From: a virus
Virus record (IMG/VR): IMGVR_UViG_3300042507_005574
Direction: 5' to 3' (one strand)
Length of the DNA stretch: 64,000 nucleotides
Every line of letters begins with the position of its first letter. The stretch's first letter is position 1. This document shows, one piece after another, positions 1 to 11,359 of the stretch. Made by a program: the position numbers and the translations under genes. Below the pieces are notes generated by a model, which saw nothing but the letters and a program-made list of their open reading frames with translations, searched no databases and was not told where the DNA came from.

Positions 1-1
1 C

Positions 2-1234
2 AATTATCCACCTGATCCTTGGACGGGAGTAGGTCACTATACTCCATATATTGCATTCTCAAATCAGTCTGGAACAGATCCGTCTTTTGGTCCATATGGA
101 CTTTATTGTGGGTGTACAGGTGCAGCGTTAACACAGGGTCACCCAATATGCCCAGGACACACATCGACTCATAGAGGCGATGGCAGAGGAATAGGTCCGT
201 TCTCATTTGCATGTTTCAATGCACACGGATATTTCAACTCAACAGGCGTTGGAGATTCTTATTATCACGAATCACCAGATGTTGGAAATCAAGGAATTCC
301 AGTATGTTCGGTTTGGTCACTCTTGCATGCAATATACTATAGAATTCATGCAGATATAGCATATTTACATGGATCTGCAAACGCAAGTAAACATCTTCAT
401 TATAATATCACACCAGATTCTTGGAAAAATCTAGATCCATCAGGTCTAACAGGATTTACTGGAGATTTCCAAATGGTTCGCCATGTGATGGAAAGGGTAT
501 CTGATGCTGTGATGAATCAGGGGCTATCAAGAGATTATACAGATCCTTTAGGCGGTGGTGCAACAGCAACAACGGGAGGTCTTGGATCGAACATCGGTGG
601 TAAACGATCTCAGGGAACCAATTACGGTCCAAACTGGAGTTTCGTTTATCCAAATGTTTTCCTTTGGGATAAGGATGCATATCTGGCAGCAGGAACCAAC
701 GAAGATAAATGGAAACACCTGTATGTCATAGGAAATTCAAACATCATCTATGATAGCCAAGTGAGTCGCCCATTGTATAGAGATGATGGATCTTCATACA
801 CAGGAAGTTCATATACAGCCCTAATAGAACTAGATGAATGTTCACACGAAGCAGTACCAGGAAGTACACATAATGCTAGATTCATTGGGTTTGGTTCCGC
901 TGATAATAGTGGACATACATCAGGTCCAGCGCAAATATCTTTCAAATTACTATCCTATCCTGTTGCATGTGGAACTGGAACGGATGAAAATAATTACTAT
1001 GAAACTTATTGTAATGATCTAGATGATTTATGTGACGAGTTCTGTAATAATCCCAATACATGGCTTTCTTACTCTGATGCGGAGGTGTGCCGTCAATGTC
1101 GAGATCAGGCTGAAAACTGTCCCAATTGGGTCTTGAATCAAGGAAATTTTCAAAGGTATAGATGGGATCCTGATGGTAGTGGTGCGGTAGTTCAGACTGC
1201 CGTCTATGGAAGTTGTGGCCTCACAAGTTTATAA
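2..1234 (+). CDS. 5'-truncated hypothetical, probably virion-associated protein with a Cys-rich C-terminus
   Basis: The frame of ORF 323..1234 is open back to position 2 (NYPPDPWTGVGHY...), so the gene begins before the window. It carries GCTG/GLTGFTG motifs and a C-terminal Cys cluster (CNDLDDLCDEFC...CRQC...NCP). Confidence 0.7.
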   Translation, partial: NYPPDPWTGVGHYTPYIAFSNQSGTDPSFGPYGLYCGCTGAALTQGHPICPGHTSTHRGDGRGIGPFSFACFNAHGYFNSTGVGDSYYHESPDVGNQGIPVCSVWSLLHAIYYRIHADIAYLHGSANASKHLHYNITPDSWKNLDPSGLTGFTGDFQMVRHVMERVSDAVMNQGLSRDYTDPLGGGATATTGGLGSNIGGKRSQGTNYGPNWSFVYPNVFLWDKDAYLAAGTNEDKWKHLYVIGNSNIIYDSQVSRPLYRDDGSSYTGSSYTALIELDECSHEAVPGSTHNARFIGFGSADNSGHTSGPAQISFKLLSYPVACGTGTDENNYYETYCNDLDDLCDEFCNNPNTWLSYSDAEVCRQCRDQAENCPNWVLNQGNFQRYRWDPDGSGAVVQTAVYGSCGLTSL

Positions 1235-1284
1235 ATTTGATCAATTGATCTAGCATAATTAATTAATGGAGAATAGTCTGAATA

Positions 1285-4200
1285 ATGGCCCGTGACGAAT
1301 ACATTCGCATATACAGATCAAGCACACCAGGCGCAGAACCCTCATTAACTTCAGGGGAAATTGCAGCAAATCTGGTTGACAACAAACTATTTGTTGGTGG
1401 AACCAACGGATCTCTTATTACATTTTATGCAGACGGAATGACGGGGGTTATAACTGGTGGAGTGGCAACAGATGTTGTGCGAACGGGAAATGAAATAAGA
1501 ATAGACAATACTGGTGTAGTGGAGTTCAATGGTATAGTCGGAGGGGCGACTCTTACTGGTGACTCAGGTGCTGTTCAAGGTAAAGGTAACAATAGAATCA
1601 CAGTTCGTATTGCATCCGATGCATTAACAGGTGTTGCTTCGTTTGATCCTAGTCACTTTACAGTTGGTACTTCAGGGCATGTAAGAAGTAAAGGTGTCAT
1701 AACAATTAATAATCAGGCACCCGATGCAAATGGTAATTTTGAAGTTGCATCTTCAACAACTACAGTGAATGGTGTCACAGGAATTGGTTTTGGTAATGAC
1801 ATTGGTTTGACTGGAAAGATCAACCTGACTGCTGGTTCAGGAATTTCAATCAGTCAAAGTTCTAGAACAATAACTTTCAGTAATACGGGTATTACGGGGG
1901 TTAGGGCTAAAAGTAATAGTGCTCCTGATGATTTTATTCACACTGGACTTTTAGTTATAACTGGTGGAAATGCTGTAAGTGTATTGAGTACAAACACAAA
2001 TCAGATAAGTATTGATCTTAAGTCAGGATACCAAGTCACAGGTGATACAGTAGTTGCAGGATACGGTATTGATGTTGTTTCTAGCAACAACCAAAAGACA
2101 ATCAACAACAGAGGTGTCACCAGTTTCAATGGATTGACAGGGAATGTTACTTTAACTGGTGATGGTCAAGCGATTCAAGGTAAAGGTAACAATACGATTA
2201 CTGCTCGTATTGCAACTACTGCGTTAACTGGTGTTGCTTCATTTGATCCTAGTCACTTTACAGTTGGTAGTACAGGACATGTAAGAAGCAAAGGTGTCAT
2301 AACTATTAATGGATCCTCACCTGATGTAGATGGTAATTTTACAGTTGCATCTGCTACTGTTGTTACAGGTGATGGTGGTGCAATTCAAGGTAAATCAGAT
2401 GCTTATATTACTGCTCGTATTGCAACTACTGCGTTAACTGGTGTTGCTTCATTTGATCCTATATTCTTTGGTATTGGTGCTTCAGGACATGTTCTACTTG
2501 CTTCAGGATACCAAGTCACTGGTGATACAGTTGTTGCAGGATACGGTATCAATATTGTTTCTAGCAACAACCAAAAGACAATCAACAACAGAGGTGTCAC
2601 CAGTTTCAATGGTTTGACTGGTAATGTCACTTTAACTGGTGACGGTCAAGCGATTCAAGGTAAAGGTAACAATACGATCACAGTTCGTGAAGCAACCAAT
2701 TCTCTAACTGGTGTTGCTTCATTCAACTCAAATCACTTCAGCGTAGTAAGTGGTGCAGTAAGTCTTGCTTCAGGAGTCACTGGTGATACAGTTGTTGCAG
2801 GATACGGTATTGATGTTGTTGCTGACGGCAAAACAAAGACAATCAACAACAGAGGTGTTACTAGTTTCAATGGATTGACAGGGAATGTTACTTTAACTGG
2901 TGACTCAGGTGCTGTTCAAGGTAAAGGTAACAATAGAATCACAGTTCGTATTGCATCCGATGCATTAACTGGTGTTGCTTCATTTGATCCTAGATTCTTT
3001 GGTATTGGTGCTTCAGGACATGTTCTACTTGCTTCAGCATACCAAGTCACTGGTGATACAGTAGTTGCAGGAGACAATATTACAATAACAAGAGATGGTA
3101 ACTCAGTTACTGTAAATTCAAATTCTGCATCTTCAACAACTATAGTAAATGGTGTCACAGGAATTGGTTTTGGTAATGACATTGGTTTGACTGGAAAGAT
3201 CAACCTGACTGCTGGTTCAGGAATTTCAATTAGTCAAAGTTCTAACACAATAACTTTCAGGGGTATTACTTCGTTCTACGGTCTAACTGGTCCCACCAGT
3301 GGAAATTTCCCAAAAGGAATTTCGGGAGCAGGACAAACTGGTGATCGTTTGCTCATCGCCACAGGACCACCAGCAGATCCATTTAGAAATTACATAAGAT
3401 TTGGAAATGCGTGGTTCCAAACAGGTGTTGTAGGAACTCAATCGAACAATGTTCGTATTGCATCCGATGCATTAACAGGTGTTGCTTCATTTGATCCTAG
3501 ATTCTTCGGTATTGGTGCTTCAGGACATGTTCTACTTGCTTCAGAGTATCAAGTCACAGGTGATACAGTTGTTGCAGGATACGGTATCAATATTGTTTCT
3601 AGCAACAACCAAAAGACAATCAACAACAGAGGTGTTACTAGTTTCAATGGATTGACAGGGAATGTTACTTTAACTGGTGACGGTCAAGCGATTCAAGGTA
3701 AAGGTAACAATACGATAACAGTTCGTGAAGCGTCAACATCAGTTACAGGTGTTGCTTCATTCAACTCAAGTCACTTCAGCGTATCAAATGGTGCAGTAAG
3801 TCTTAAGTCAGAGTATCAAGTCACTGGTGATACAGTAGTTGCAGGATACGGTATCAATATTGTTGCTAGTAACAACCAAAAGACAATCAACAACAGAGGT
3901 GTCACCAGTTTCAATGGATTGACAGGGAATGTCACTTTAACTGGTGATGGTCAAGCAGTTCAAGGTAAACTTAATAATACGATAACAGTTCGTGAAGCGT
4001 CAACATCGGTCACAGGTGTTGCTTCATTCAACTCAAATCACTTCAGCGTATCAAATGGTGCAGTAAGTCTTAAGTCAGAGTATCAAGTCACTGGTGATAC
4101 AGTTGTTGCGGGATACGGTATTGATGTTGTTGCTAGCAACAACCAAAAGACAATCAACAACAGAGGTGTTACTAGTTTCAATGGTCTTACTGGTAATGTC

Positions 4201-7200
4201 ACTTTAACTGGCGACTCAGGTGCTGTTCAAGGTAAAGGCAACAATAGAATCACAGTTCGTATTGCATCCGATGCATTAACAGGTGTTGCTTCGTTTGATC
4301 CTAGTCACTTTGCAGTTGGTAGTACAGGACATGTAAGAAGTAAGGGTGTCATAACAATTAATAATCAGGCACCCGATGCAAATGGTGATTTTACAGTTGC
4401 ATCTGCTACTGTTGTTACAGGTGATGGTGGTGCAATTCAAGGAAAATCGGACGCTTATATTACTGCTCGTATTGCATCCGGTACATTAACTGGTGTTGCT
4501 TCATTTGATCCTATATTCTTTGGTATTGGTGCTTCAGGACATGTTCTACTTGCTTCAGGATACCAAGTCACAGGTGATACAGTAGTTGCAGGATACGGTA
4601 TCAATATTGTTGCTAGTAACAACCAAAAGACAATCAACAATACGGGTGTCACTAGTTTCAATGGATTGACGGGGAATGTTACTTTAACTGGTGACTCAGG
4701 TGCAGTTCAAGGTAAAGGTAACAGTAGAATCACAGTTCGTCAAGCAACTAATTCTCTAACAGGTGTCGCTTCATTCAACTCAAGTTACTTCAGCGTATCA
4801 AATGGTGCAGTAAGTCTTTCAGGACCATTTCAAACTCCTGTATTTGCAAATAGTACATCGGGATCGATTGAATCTTTATCTGTCCATTCAGGAAAAGCAT
4901 TCATATCAACTCCAATCAGAACAAACTTGATCAAGCACAGTCAAGATTATGTTAGTGGGGTTTGGAATGTGTATTCGTCTGCTGTTGCTTCAAGTTTAGG
5001 TAATACAACTAATGGTTGGCCTAATGGTTCAACAGGTGGAATTCAAATTGCTTTTTCTGCTGTACCCAACGCCAACAACGGAATCTATCAAGTAATTCCA
5101 GATGTTGAAAATAATCAAGACTATACAGTTTCATGTTGGGCTAGATCAGATACAGGAGAAGGCAAAGCAAGATTTAGTTATTATGATGGCTCTACAAGTT
5201 ATTTCTCTTCTGATTTCTTACTAAGCACCACTCCACAAAGAGTTTCATTTACATTTAGAACTAAATCAAGCGATGTTGGTTCAAATGTTGCTTTTGGTAA
5301 TGGATCGGGTAATAGTGTAGGTACTGTTTACGCTTGGGGATTCCAACTTGAAAAGGGATCTGTTGCCACAAGTCCAATTCATAATGATACAGGATTATCA
5401 AAGAGTTCTGTTGCTGAAATAATTGCTATAGGTGATACTGCTCGTATTGCATCCGGTACATTAACTGGTGTTGCTTCATTTGATCCTATATTCTTTGGTA
5501 TTGGTGCTTCAGGACATGTTCTACTTGCTTCAGGATACCAAGTCACAGGTGATACAGTAGTTGCAGGATACGGTATCAATATTGTTGCTAGTAACAACCA
5601 AAAGACAATCAACAACAGAGGTGTTACTAGTTTCAATGGTCTTACTGGTAATGTCACTTTAACTGGTGACTCAGGTGCTGTTCAAGGTAAAGGCAACAAT
5701 ACGATTACTGCTCGTATTGCATCCGGTACATTAACTGGTGTTGCTTCATTTGATCCTATATTCTTTGGTATTGGTGCTTCAGGACATGTTTTACTTGCAT
5801 CGGGATACCAAGTCACAGGTGATACAGTAGTTGCAGGATACGGTATCAATATTGTTGCTAGTAACAACCAAAAGACAATCAACAATACGGGTGTCACTAG
5901 TTTCAATGGTCTTACTGTAGTGTCACTCTAACTGGTGATGGTGGTGTTATCATAGGTAAAGGTAACAATACGATTACTGCTCGTATTGCATCCGGTACAT
6001 TAACAGGTGTTGCTTCGTTTGATCCTAGTCACTTTACAGTTGGTACTTCGGGACATGTAAGAAGTAAGGGTGTCATAACAATTAATAATCAGGCACCCGA
6101 TGCAAATGGTAATTTTACAGTTGCATCTGCTACTGTTGTTACAGGTGATGGTGGTGCAATTCAAGGAAAATCGGACGCTTATATTACAGCAAGAGTTGCA
6201 ACAGAAAGTGTTACTGGAGTTGCATCTTTCAACAACAATTATTTTACAGTTTCTGCTGGTGGTAGTGTTTCGATCATTGACCCTAAAATAAGTTTTGTGG
6301 ATTCCGCTGGCCTAAGCACAGATATATACACTCTCGGTATTGGTGGTAATTACAGATCCATTAAGTTAAACGGTATCGATGGTGTTTCTGTTAAACTGGT
6401 GGAGGGCACACCAAATCCAATCAACGAATACACATTCAGAAATACGGGTGTCACCAGTTTCAATGGTTTGACTGGTAATGTCACTTTAACTGGTGACGGT
6501 CAAGCGATTCAAGGTAAACTTAATAATACGATCACAGTTCGTGAAGCGTCAACATCGGTCACAGGTGTTGCTTCATTTAACTCAAGTCACTTCAGCGTAT
6601 TAAATGGTGCAGTAAGTCTTAAGTCAGGAGTCACAGGCGATACCGTAGTTGCAGGATACGGTATTGATGTTGTTGCTAGCAACAACCAAAAGACAATCAA
6701 CAACAGAGGTGTTACTAGTTTCAATGGATTGACTGGTAATGTTACTTTAACTGGTGACGGTCAAGCGATTCAAGGTAAACTTAATAATACGATCACTGCT
6801 CGTATTGCATCCCATACATTAACAGGTGTTGCTTCGTTTGATCCTAGTCACTTTGCAGTTGGTACTTCAGGGCATGTAAGAAGTAAAGGTGTCATAACAA
6901 TTAATAATCAGGCACCCGATGCAAATGGTGATTTTACAGTTGCATCTTCAACAACTACAGTGAATGGTGTTACGGGAATTGGTTTTGGTAATGATATTGG
7001 TTTGACTGGAAAGATCAACCTGACTGCTGGTTCCAATTCAGGAATCTCAATCACTGGTGGCATAAATGACATTGGTGGTACTAATGTTCGTCAAGTAACT
7101 ATTACAAACACAGGTATCACGGGGATTAGGTTTCTAACTGTATTTGATGGAAACGATTCATATAAAACTGGTGCCATCACAATAACAGGATCTCAATACA

Positions 7201-8432
7201 TATCGGTATCTTCCAATGATGGTACAACTATCGCAATAGTTAATCAAGGTGTGTCCACACTTAACGGTCTCGTGGGTGCAAGAACTCTTACTGGCGACTC
7301 AGGTGCAGTTCAAGGTAGAGGCAACACTAGAATCACAGTTCGTGAAGCAACCGATTCTCTAACAGGTGTTGCTTCATTCAACTCAAATCACTTCAGCGTA
7401 TTAAATGGTGCAGTAAGTCTTAAGTCAGGAGTCACTGGTGATACAGTTGTTGCAGGATACGGTATTGATGTTGTTGCTAGCAACAACCAAAAGACAATCA
7501 ATAATAAAGGTGTTACTAGTTTCAATGGTCTTACAGGGAATGTTACTTTAACTGGTGATGGTCAGGCTATTCAAGGTAAACTTAATAATACGATAACCGC
7601 AAGAGTTCCAAATGATTGCGGAATTACCGGTGTCGTTGGTATTAAATGCAGTAGTGGACTTGGTATCAATTCAGATGGTCTTATCTATCTTGACAGCGGG
7701 AGTCCTTGTATATCCTGCTTTGGTCTAGATGAATCTTTGTGTTTAGGACCAGATTGTGAATGGTGTGGAACTGAAAATCAATGCATTTGCCTAGGCCAAT
7801 CTTGTGATGATATTATTGTTGGTCCTGGCCTGTTTCGAGCAACAAATTCCGGTATGGGAGCATCTGCCAATTCAGATGGATCTTTGGCATATTTGTATTT
7901 GGATGTCAATAACCTTGCGACAATGGGTTCTACGATTGAATCAACAGATTCAGTTTTATTCTTCGATGCTAGTGAACCGGGTTTAATCAAAACCAAAAAG
8001 GCAAATGTTAGCAAGTTGATTTTGGATAATGACAACTTGTTTGAAAGTAAAACTCCAAGTCAACTCACAAGAAACACAAAATCATCAACAATAGAATTCT
8101 CTGTGGTTCTTGGTTCAATTGCACCCAATCAACAAGGATTGGTCAAGGGGGCTAGCGCACACGAATATATTGCACAAAACACGGTCAGATCCTTAAATGG
8201 AATGACAGGTGATCTTGAGTTCATGATTAATGGATGCACAGGTAGTGGAAGCGGAAAAATAACAATAACAGGAACTCAAAATGAAGTTAATGTTTCGACA
8301 TCCTGTCCAACAATAGTCATAGGTCTTCCCGATAATGTAATGATTCCTTATATTAGTGTTTCAGGAGCAACATTCACCGAAACCGTAAGTGCAAGTCTGT
8401 TTATTGGAAGTATCGTTGGAGGAACCTTCTAA
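1285..8432 (+). CDS. Giant repeat-built tail fibre/adhesin (~2382 aa if repaired), interrupted by a 1-nt deletion at ~5917; ORFs 1285..5931 and 6297..8432 are one gene
   Basis: SD GGAG upstream. N-terminus resembles the Mtd_N-like fibre N-terminal domain (GEIAANLVDNKLFVG). About 10 copies of the TINNRGVTSFNGLTGNVTLTGD module. At 5911 the repeat consensus CTTACTGGTAATGTCACT reads CTTACTG-TAGTGTCACT, and the frame starting at 5919 is open and in frame with 6297..8432. Confidence 0.85.
1540..7610 (+). repeat. Intragenic near-identical coding repeats (module spacings of ~267, 270 and 480 bp)
   Basis: AACAACCAAAAGACAATCAA recurs at about 2086, 2566, 3604, 3871, 4138, 4618, 5593, 5863, 6681 and 7482. 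Differences between copies are mostly synonymous. Confidence 0.95.
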
Positions 8433-8445
8433 ATAGGTATAGACT

Positions 8446-9834
8446 ATGTCAAAACAAAGCACAATTCAACATTATTTCTCACTCACTCCCGCAGGCGTAC
8501 CCGCAGGCGCAGGAATGACTTATGGAGAAATTGCCATCAATGTGGCAGATGAAAAACTATTCATTGAAAATCTAAATGGTGATGTGATTTCCTTATCACA
8601 GACCAAAGATCTCTCGGGTGCATTTGCTCACTCAGATCAAGTCGTGACTTCTGTGAATGGTGTTACTGGTGCCATTACAAATGTTGCCGTTACCAACACA
8701 GAACAAACTTTCACGGGATTGCAAACATTTGCAAATGGAATTTCAGGAGCAGGAGCAACATTTGCAAGTGATATAACGATCCACGGAATTCGTGTTGGAA
8801 AGGGAGCAGCAGGAGATCTCAATAGTATAGTGGTTGGAATGTCTGCATGTCCGGCAGGAACATTCAATGTTGCCATAGGTAGAGAGGCAATGCGTGATTC
8901 TGTTAGTGCAATCAATAATGTTGCAATAGGATATCATGCAGCGAGAGATATTCAAGGAGGAATCAATAATGTTGCTATAGGAGCAAACGCACTAGATGAA
9001 AATGAAAATGGCTCTGTTAATGTTGCCATAGGTTCTCTTGCGCTTTCTGAATCTACAAACAGCAATCAGAATACTGCAATAGGATCATCTTCTCTACAAA
9101 ACACTACCACTGGATTTAGAAATGTAGCAATTGGTTATCTGGCTTTAGAAAAGAATACTTCCGGTGTAGCGAATGTTGCAATCGGCCACGCAGCAGGAGC
9201 ATATCGTGGCGATTTAGATTTTCTTTTTCCAAACGATTTAGACAACGAAGACAACAATGTAGGCCCGTTCAACAGAACAACAGGTACTGGCGGAATTTAT
9301 ATTGGCCAGTGGTCAAGAGCATCTGCCAATGGTAATGTAAATGAAATTGTGATAGGCACAAATGCTCTGGGTCTTGGATCAAATACAGCAGTCATCGGTG
9401 CAACCGCACAAGTTTCCGCAACTATTTACGGAACATTAAATTTACCCGGTGGTTTAAGTTCATCATCCAATTCTACACTTTCAGGCGTTAGAATTGTAAA
9501 TGAGGGGATTTATTGGAATGGATCGCAGAGAACTGTTGGGGTCAGTTTCCTCAACGGCCAAGTTCAAACGCTAACTGGAATTGGTTCGGGCGCAACAGGA
9601 ATGACTGCAATTTATTTTGTAGATGCGCCTTCGACTGGTGCGGCATCTGTAACGGTGATCATCACAAACGGTGGGCAAATGACAGGCAATCAAGACTTTT
9701 GGAGTTCGAAGATTGAATGGCCTGGTGGCGTGAAGCCATCACTATCTTTAGGGGGAGTTGATGTTGTGTCATTCCTAACTGTCGATGGTGGAACAAACAT
9801 ATATGGATTCCTTGGTGGATTGAACTTCTTATGA
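8446..9834 (+). CDS. Tail fibre protein: Mtd_N-like N-terminus, YadA-head-like NVAIG beta-roll repeats, C-terminal WPGG/VDVVSF tip domain
   Basis: GEIAINVADEKLFI; about 8 tandem 14-aa N[VT]AIG..A[LM] repeats; WPGGVKPSLS..GVDVVSFLTVDGG. Preceded by CTAAATA. Confidence 0.8.
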   Translation: MSKQSTIQHYFSLTPAGVPAGAGMTYGEIAINVADEKLFIENLNGDVISLSQTKDLSGAFAHSDQVVTSVNGVTGAITNVAVTNTEQTFTGLQTFANGISGAGATFASDITIHGIRVGKGAAGDLNSIVVGMSACPAGTFNVAIGREAMRDSVSAINNVAIGYHAARDIQGGINNVAIGANALDENENGSVNVAIGSLALSESTNSNQNTAIGSSSLQNTTTGFRNVAIGYLALEKNTSGVANVAIGHAAGAYRGDLDFLFPNDLDNEDNNVGPFNRTTGTGGIYIGQWSRASANGNVNEIVIGTNALGLGSNTAVIGATAQVSATIYGTLNLPGGLSSSSNSTLSGVRIVNEGIYWNGSQRTVGVSFLNGQVQTLTGIGSGATGMTAIYFVDAPSTGAASVTVIITNGGQMTGNQDFWSSKIEWPGGVKPSLSLGGVDVVSFLTVDGGTNIYGFLGGLNFL

Positions 9835-10712
9835 TTGGCGTTGTAAGAGCAGCATCAACTTCAAAAACAATATACAACTACCAACTCATATCCGAAACAC
9901 AATTCGGGGCGAGTGCGGGGGCGCAATCATATTCTATTCCCGCAGGAACTATTTACATTGACATAGAAATGTTTGGTGGCGGTGGCGGCGGTGGAGCGGC
10001 AAACTCTTTCACCTTTAATAGAAATACATGGTACAGTGGGGCAGGCGGTGGTGCTGGAGGTGGTTATGTGAGAGCAAAATATTTTGGTGATGCGGACGGG
10101 AAAGATGAGGTGGTTGGTGCTATAACAGGAAATATGCAGGCTGGAGATACAATACACTTTACTGTTGGTGCGGCTGGTGCAGGAGCCGCTGCAAACGGTG
10201 GTTGGGGTGCAAGTGGTGGAGCAACTTACTTACAGTCTCACCAAAGAAGTGGGACAACAATACTAACATTTGCTGGATTAACTGCATCTGGTGGAGGTGG
10301 CGGTCAAGGTGGAAGAGTTGATGGTGGTAGAGCCATTGGAGGTGCAACTGCTCAATCTGTATCATCTCTTAGCATATATTTTATAGATGGAAGTGCATCA
10401 AGATCTGGTGTCGTTGGTGGATTGACATCAACATCAGGAAGTTTTGGTGGCACTGGATCATCAGGAGCAGTCTCTGGAATAACATCAAGTATTTCTTCAT
10501 ATCAGAATGGCGGTTCGGGCGGCAATTTTGTGACGAACCAACAACCTAGAAATGGCACATCAACAATTGATCAGAGACAGTTTCCATACCTATACACCGG
10601 TGTTGCTGGTGGTGGCGGTGGGGGTGGTTATAACGAAGCAGGAACTGGTCTTACTGCTAGACAAGGTGCAACAGGTGGAATTGGTGCAGTTGTAATCAGG
10701 GCATATGGATGA
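9831..10712 (+). CDS. Glycine-rich fibre-tip/adhesin protein
   Basis: Multiple polyglycine tracts (GGGGGGG, GAGGGAGGG, ASGGGGGQGG). ATGA overlap with the fibre gene. Confidence 0.7.
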   Translation: MIGVVRAASTSKTIYNYQLISETQFGASAGAQSYSIPAGTIYIDIEMFGGGGGGGAANSFTFNRNTWYSGAGGGAGGGYVRAKYFGDADGKDEVVGAITGNMQAGDTIHFTVGAAGAGAAANGGWGASGGATYLQSHQRSGTTILTFAGLTASGGGGGQGGRVDGGRAIGGATAQSVSSLSIYFIDGSASRSGVVGGLTSTSGSFGGTGSSGAVSGITSSISSYQNGGSGGNFVTNQQPRNGTSTIDQRQFPYLYTGVAGGGGGGGYNEAGTGLTARQGATGGIGAVVIRAYG

Positions 10713-11281
10713 CAAGAATTAAAGTAAATATTCCTGAGGGTAAGATTGGAGAGTGGTCTATCAAAAAATTTACGGGAGACCACACTACAATCTACAATCA
10801 AGCACATAATCAAGAAACAACTAGATTATATCATAATGATAATGAAGTATATGATGAATATACATTTCTCATTCATGATGTCTATGGACCAATTATGCAA
10901 GACACTATGTCCGAGTACCGTGAACATGAGCCTCTTTGGGGTGGTGCGACAGGAGATGTTCTTATAGCGGGTCTAGGAATTGGATTTGTCAATCAAAAAT
11001 TAATAGACAATCCAAATGTAACATCAATAACTATAGTAGAAAAAAACAAAGATGTGATTGATTTAGTTTGGCCGTATTGTCCTAAAAATCAATCATTTAC
11101 TTTAGTTCATGCTGATATAGAAACATGGACTCCACCGCAAAGATCACATTGGAACTATGCTTGGTTTGATTCTTGGGGAGGCGATAATCAAATGAATTTA
11201 ACAGATTATCAACAGTTTATCACCAACAAATATCAACCCTATTGTGATACCATTGGTGTTTGGAATCCAATACTTTTTTGA
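10709..11281 (+). CDS. Class I SAM-dependent methyltransferase, spermidine-synthase-like fold
   Basis: Motif I GDVLIAGLGIG, then ITIVEKNKDVIDLV, VHAD and WFDSW. Confidence 0.75.
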   Translation: MTRIKVNIPEGKIGEWSIKKFTGDHTTIYNQAHNQETTRLYHNDNEVYDEYTFLIHDVYGPIMQDTMSEYREHEPLWGGATGDVLIAGLGIGFVNQKLIDNPNVTSITIVEKNKDVIDLVWPYCPKNQSFTLVHADIETWTPPQRSHWNYAWFDSWGGDNQMNLTDYQQFITNKYQPYCDTIGVWNPILF

Positions 11282-11296
11282 TCTTTTGAATAGTCC

Positions 11297-11335
11297 TTGC
11301 TATTAGCACAATGGTGCTGTATCATGGTCTAAATA
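11297..11335 (+). promoter_or_regulatory. Tandem sigma70-like promoter (TTGCTA-17-TATCAT) and late promoter (CTAAATA) upstream of nrdJ
   Basis: TTGCTA 11297-11302, TATCAT 11320-11325, CTAAATA 11329-11335. SD AAGGAG precedes the ATG. Confidence 0.55.
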
Positions 11336-11359
11336 CACCGCACAACCAAGGAGTGAAGT

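Noticed and set aside
1238-1266. Short palindromes GATCAATTGATC and TAATTAATTA upstream of the fibre gene
   Set aside because: Single short AT-rich occurrences, compatible with chance.
2403-5906. Repeated minus-strand ORFs (MKLVTPVLLIVFW...)
   Set aside because: They are antisense shadows of the plus-strand fibre repeats, with no RBS or independent signal.
1540-7610. CRISPR-like array
   Set aside because: The repeats are long codon-preserving modules with no constant-length unique spacers, and there is no cas operon.
1285-9834. Diversity-generating retroelement suggested by Mtd_N-like domains and near-identical repeats
   Set aside because: No reverse transcriptase in the window. All repeats are in-frame coding, and the differences are synonymous rather than adenine-specific.
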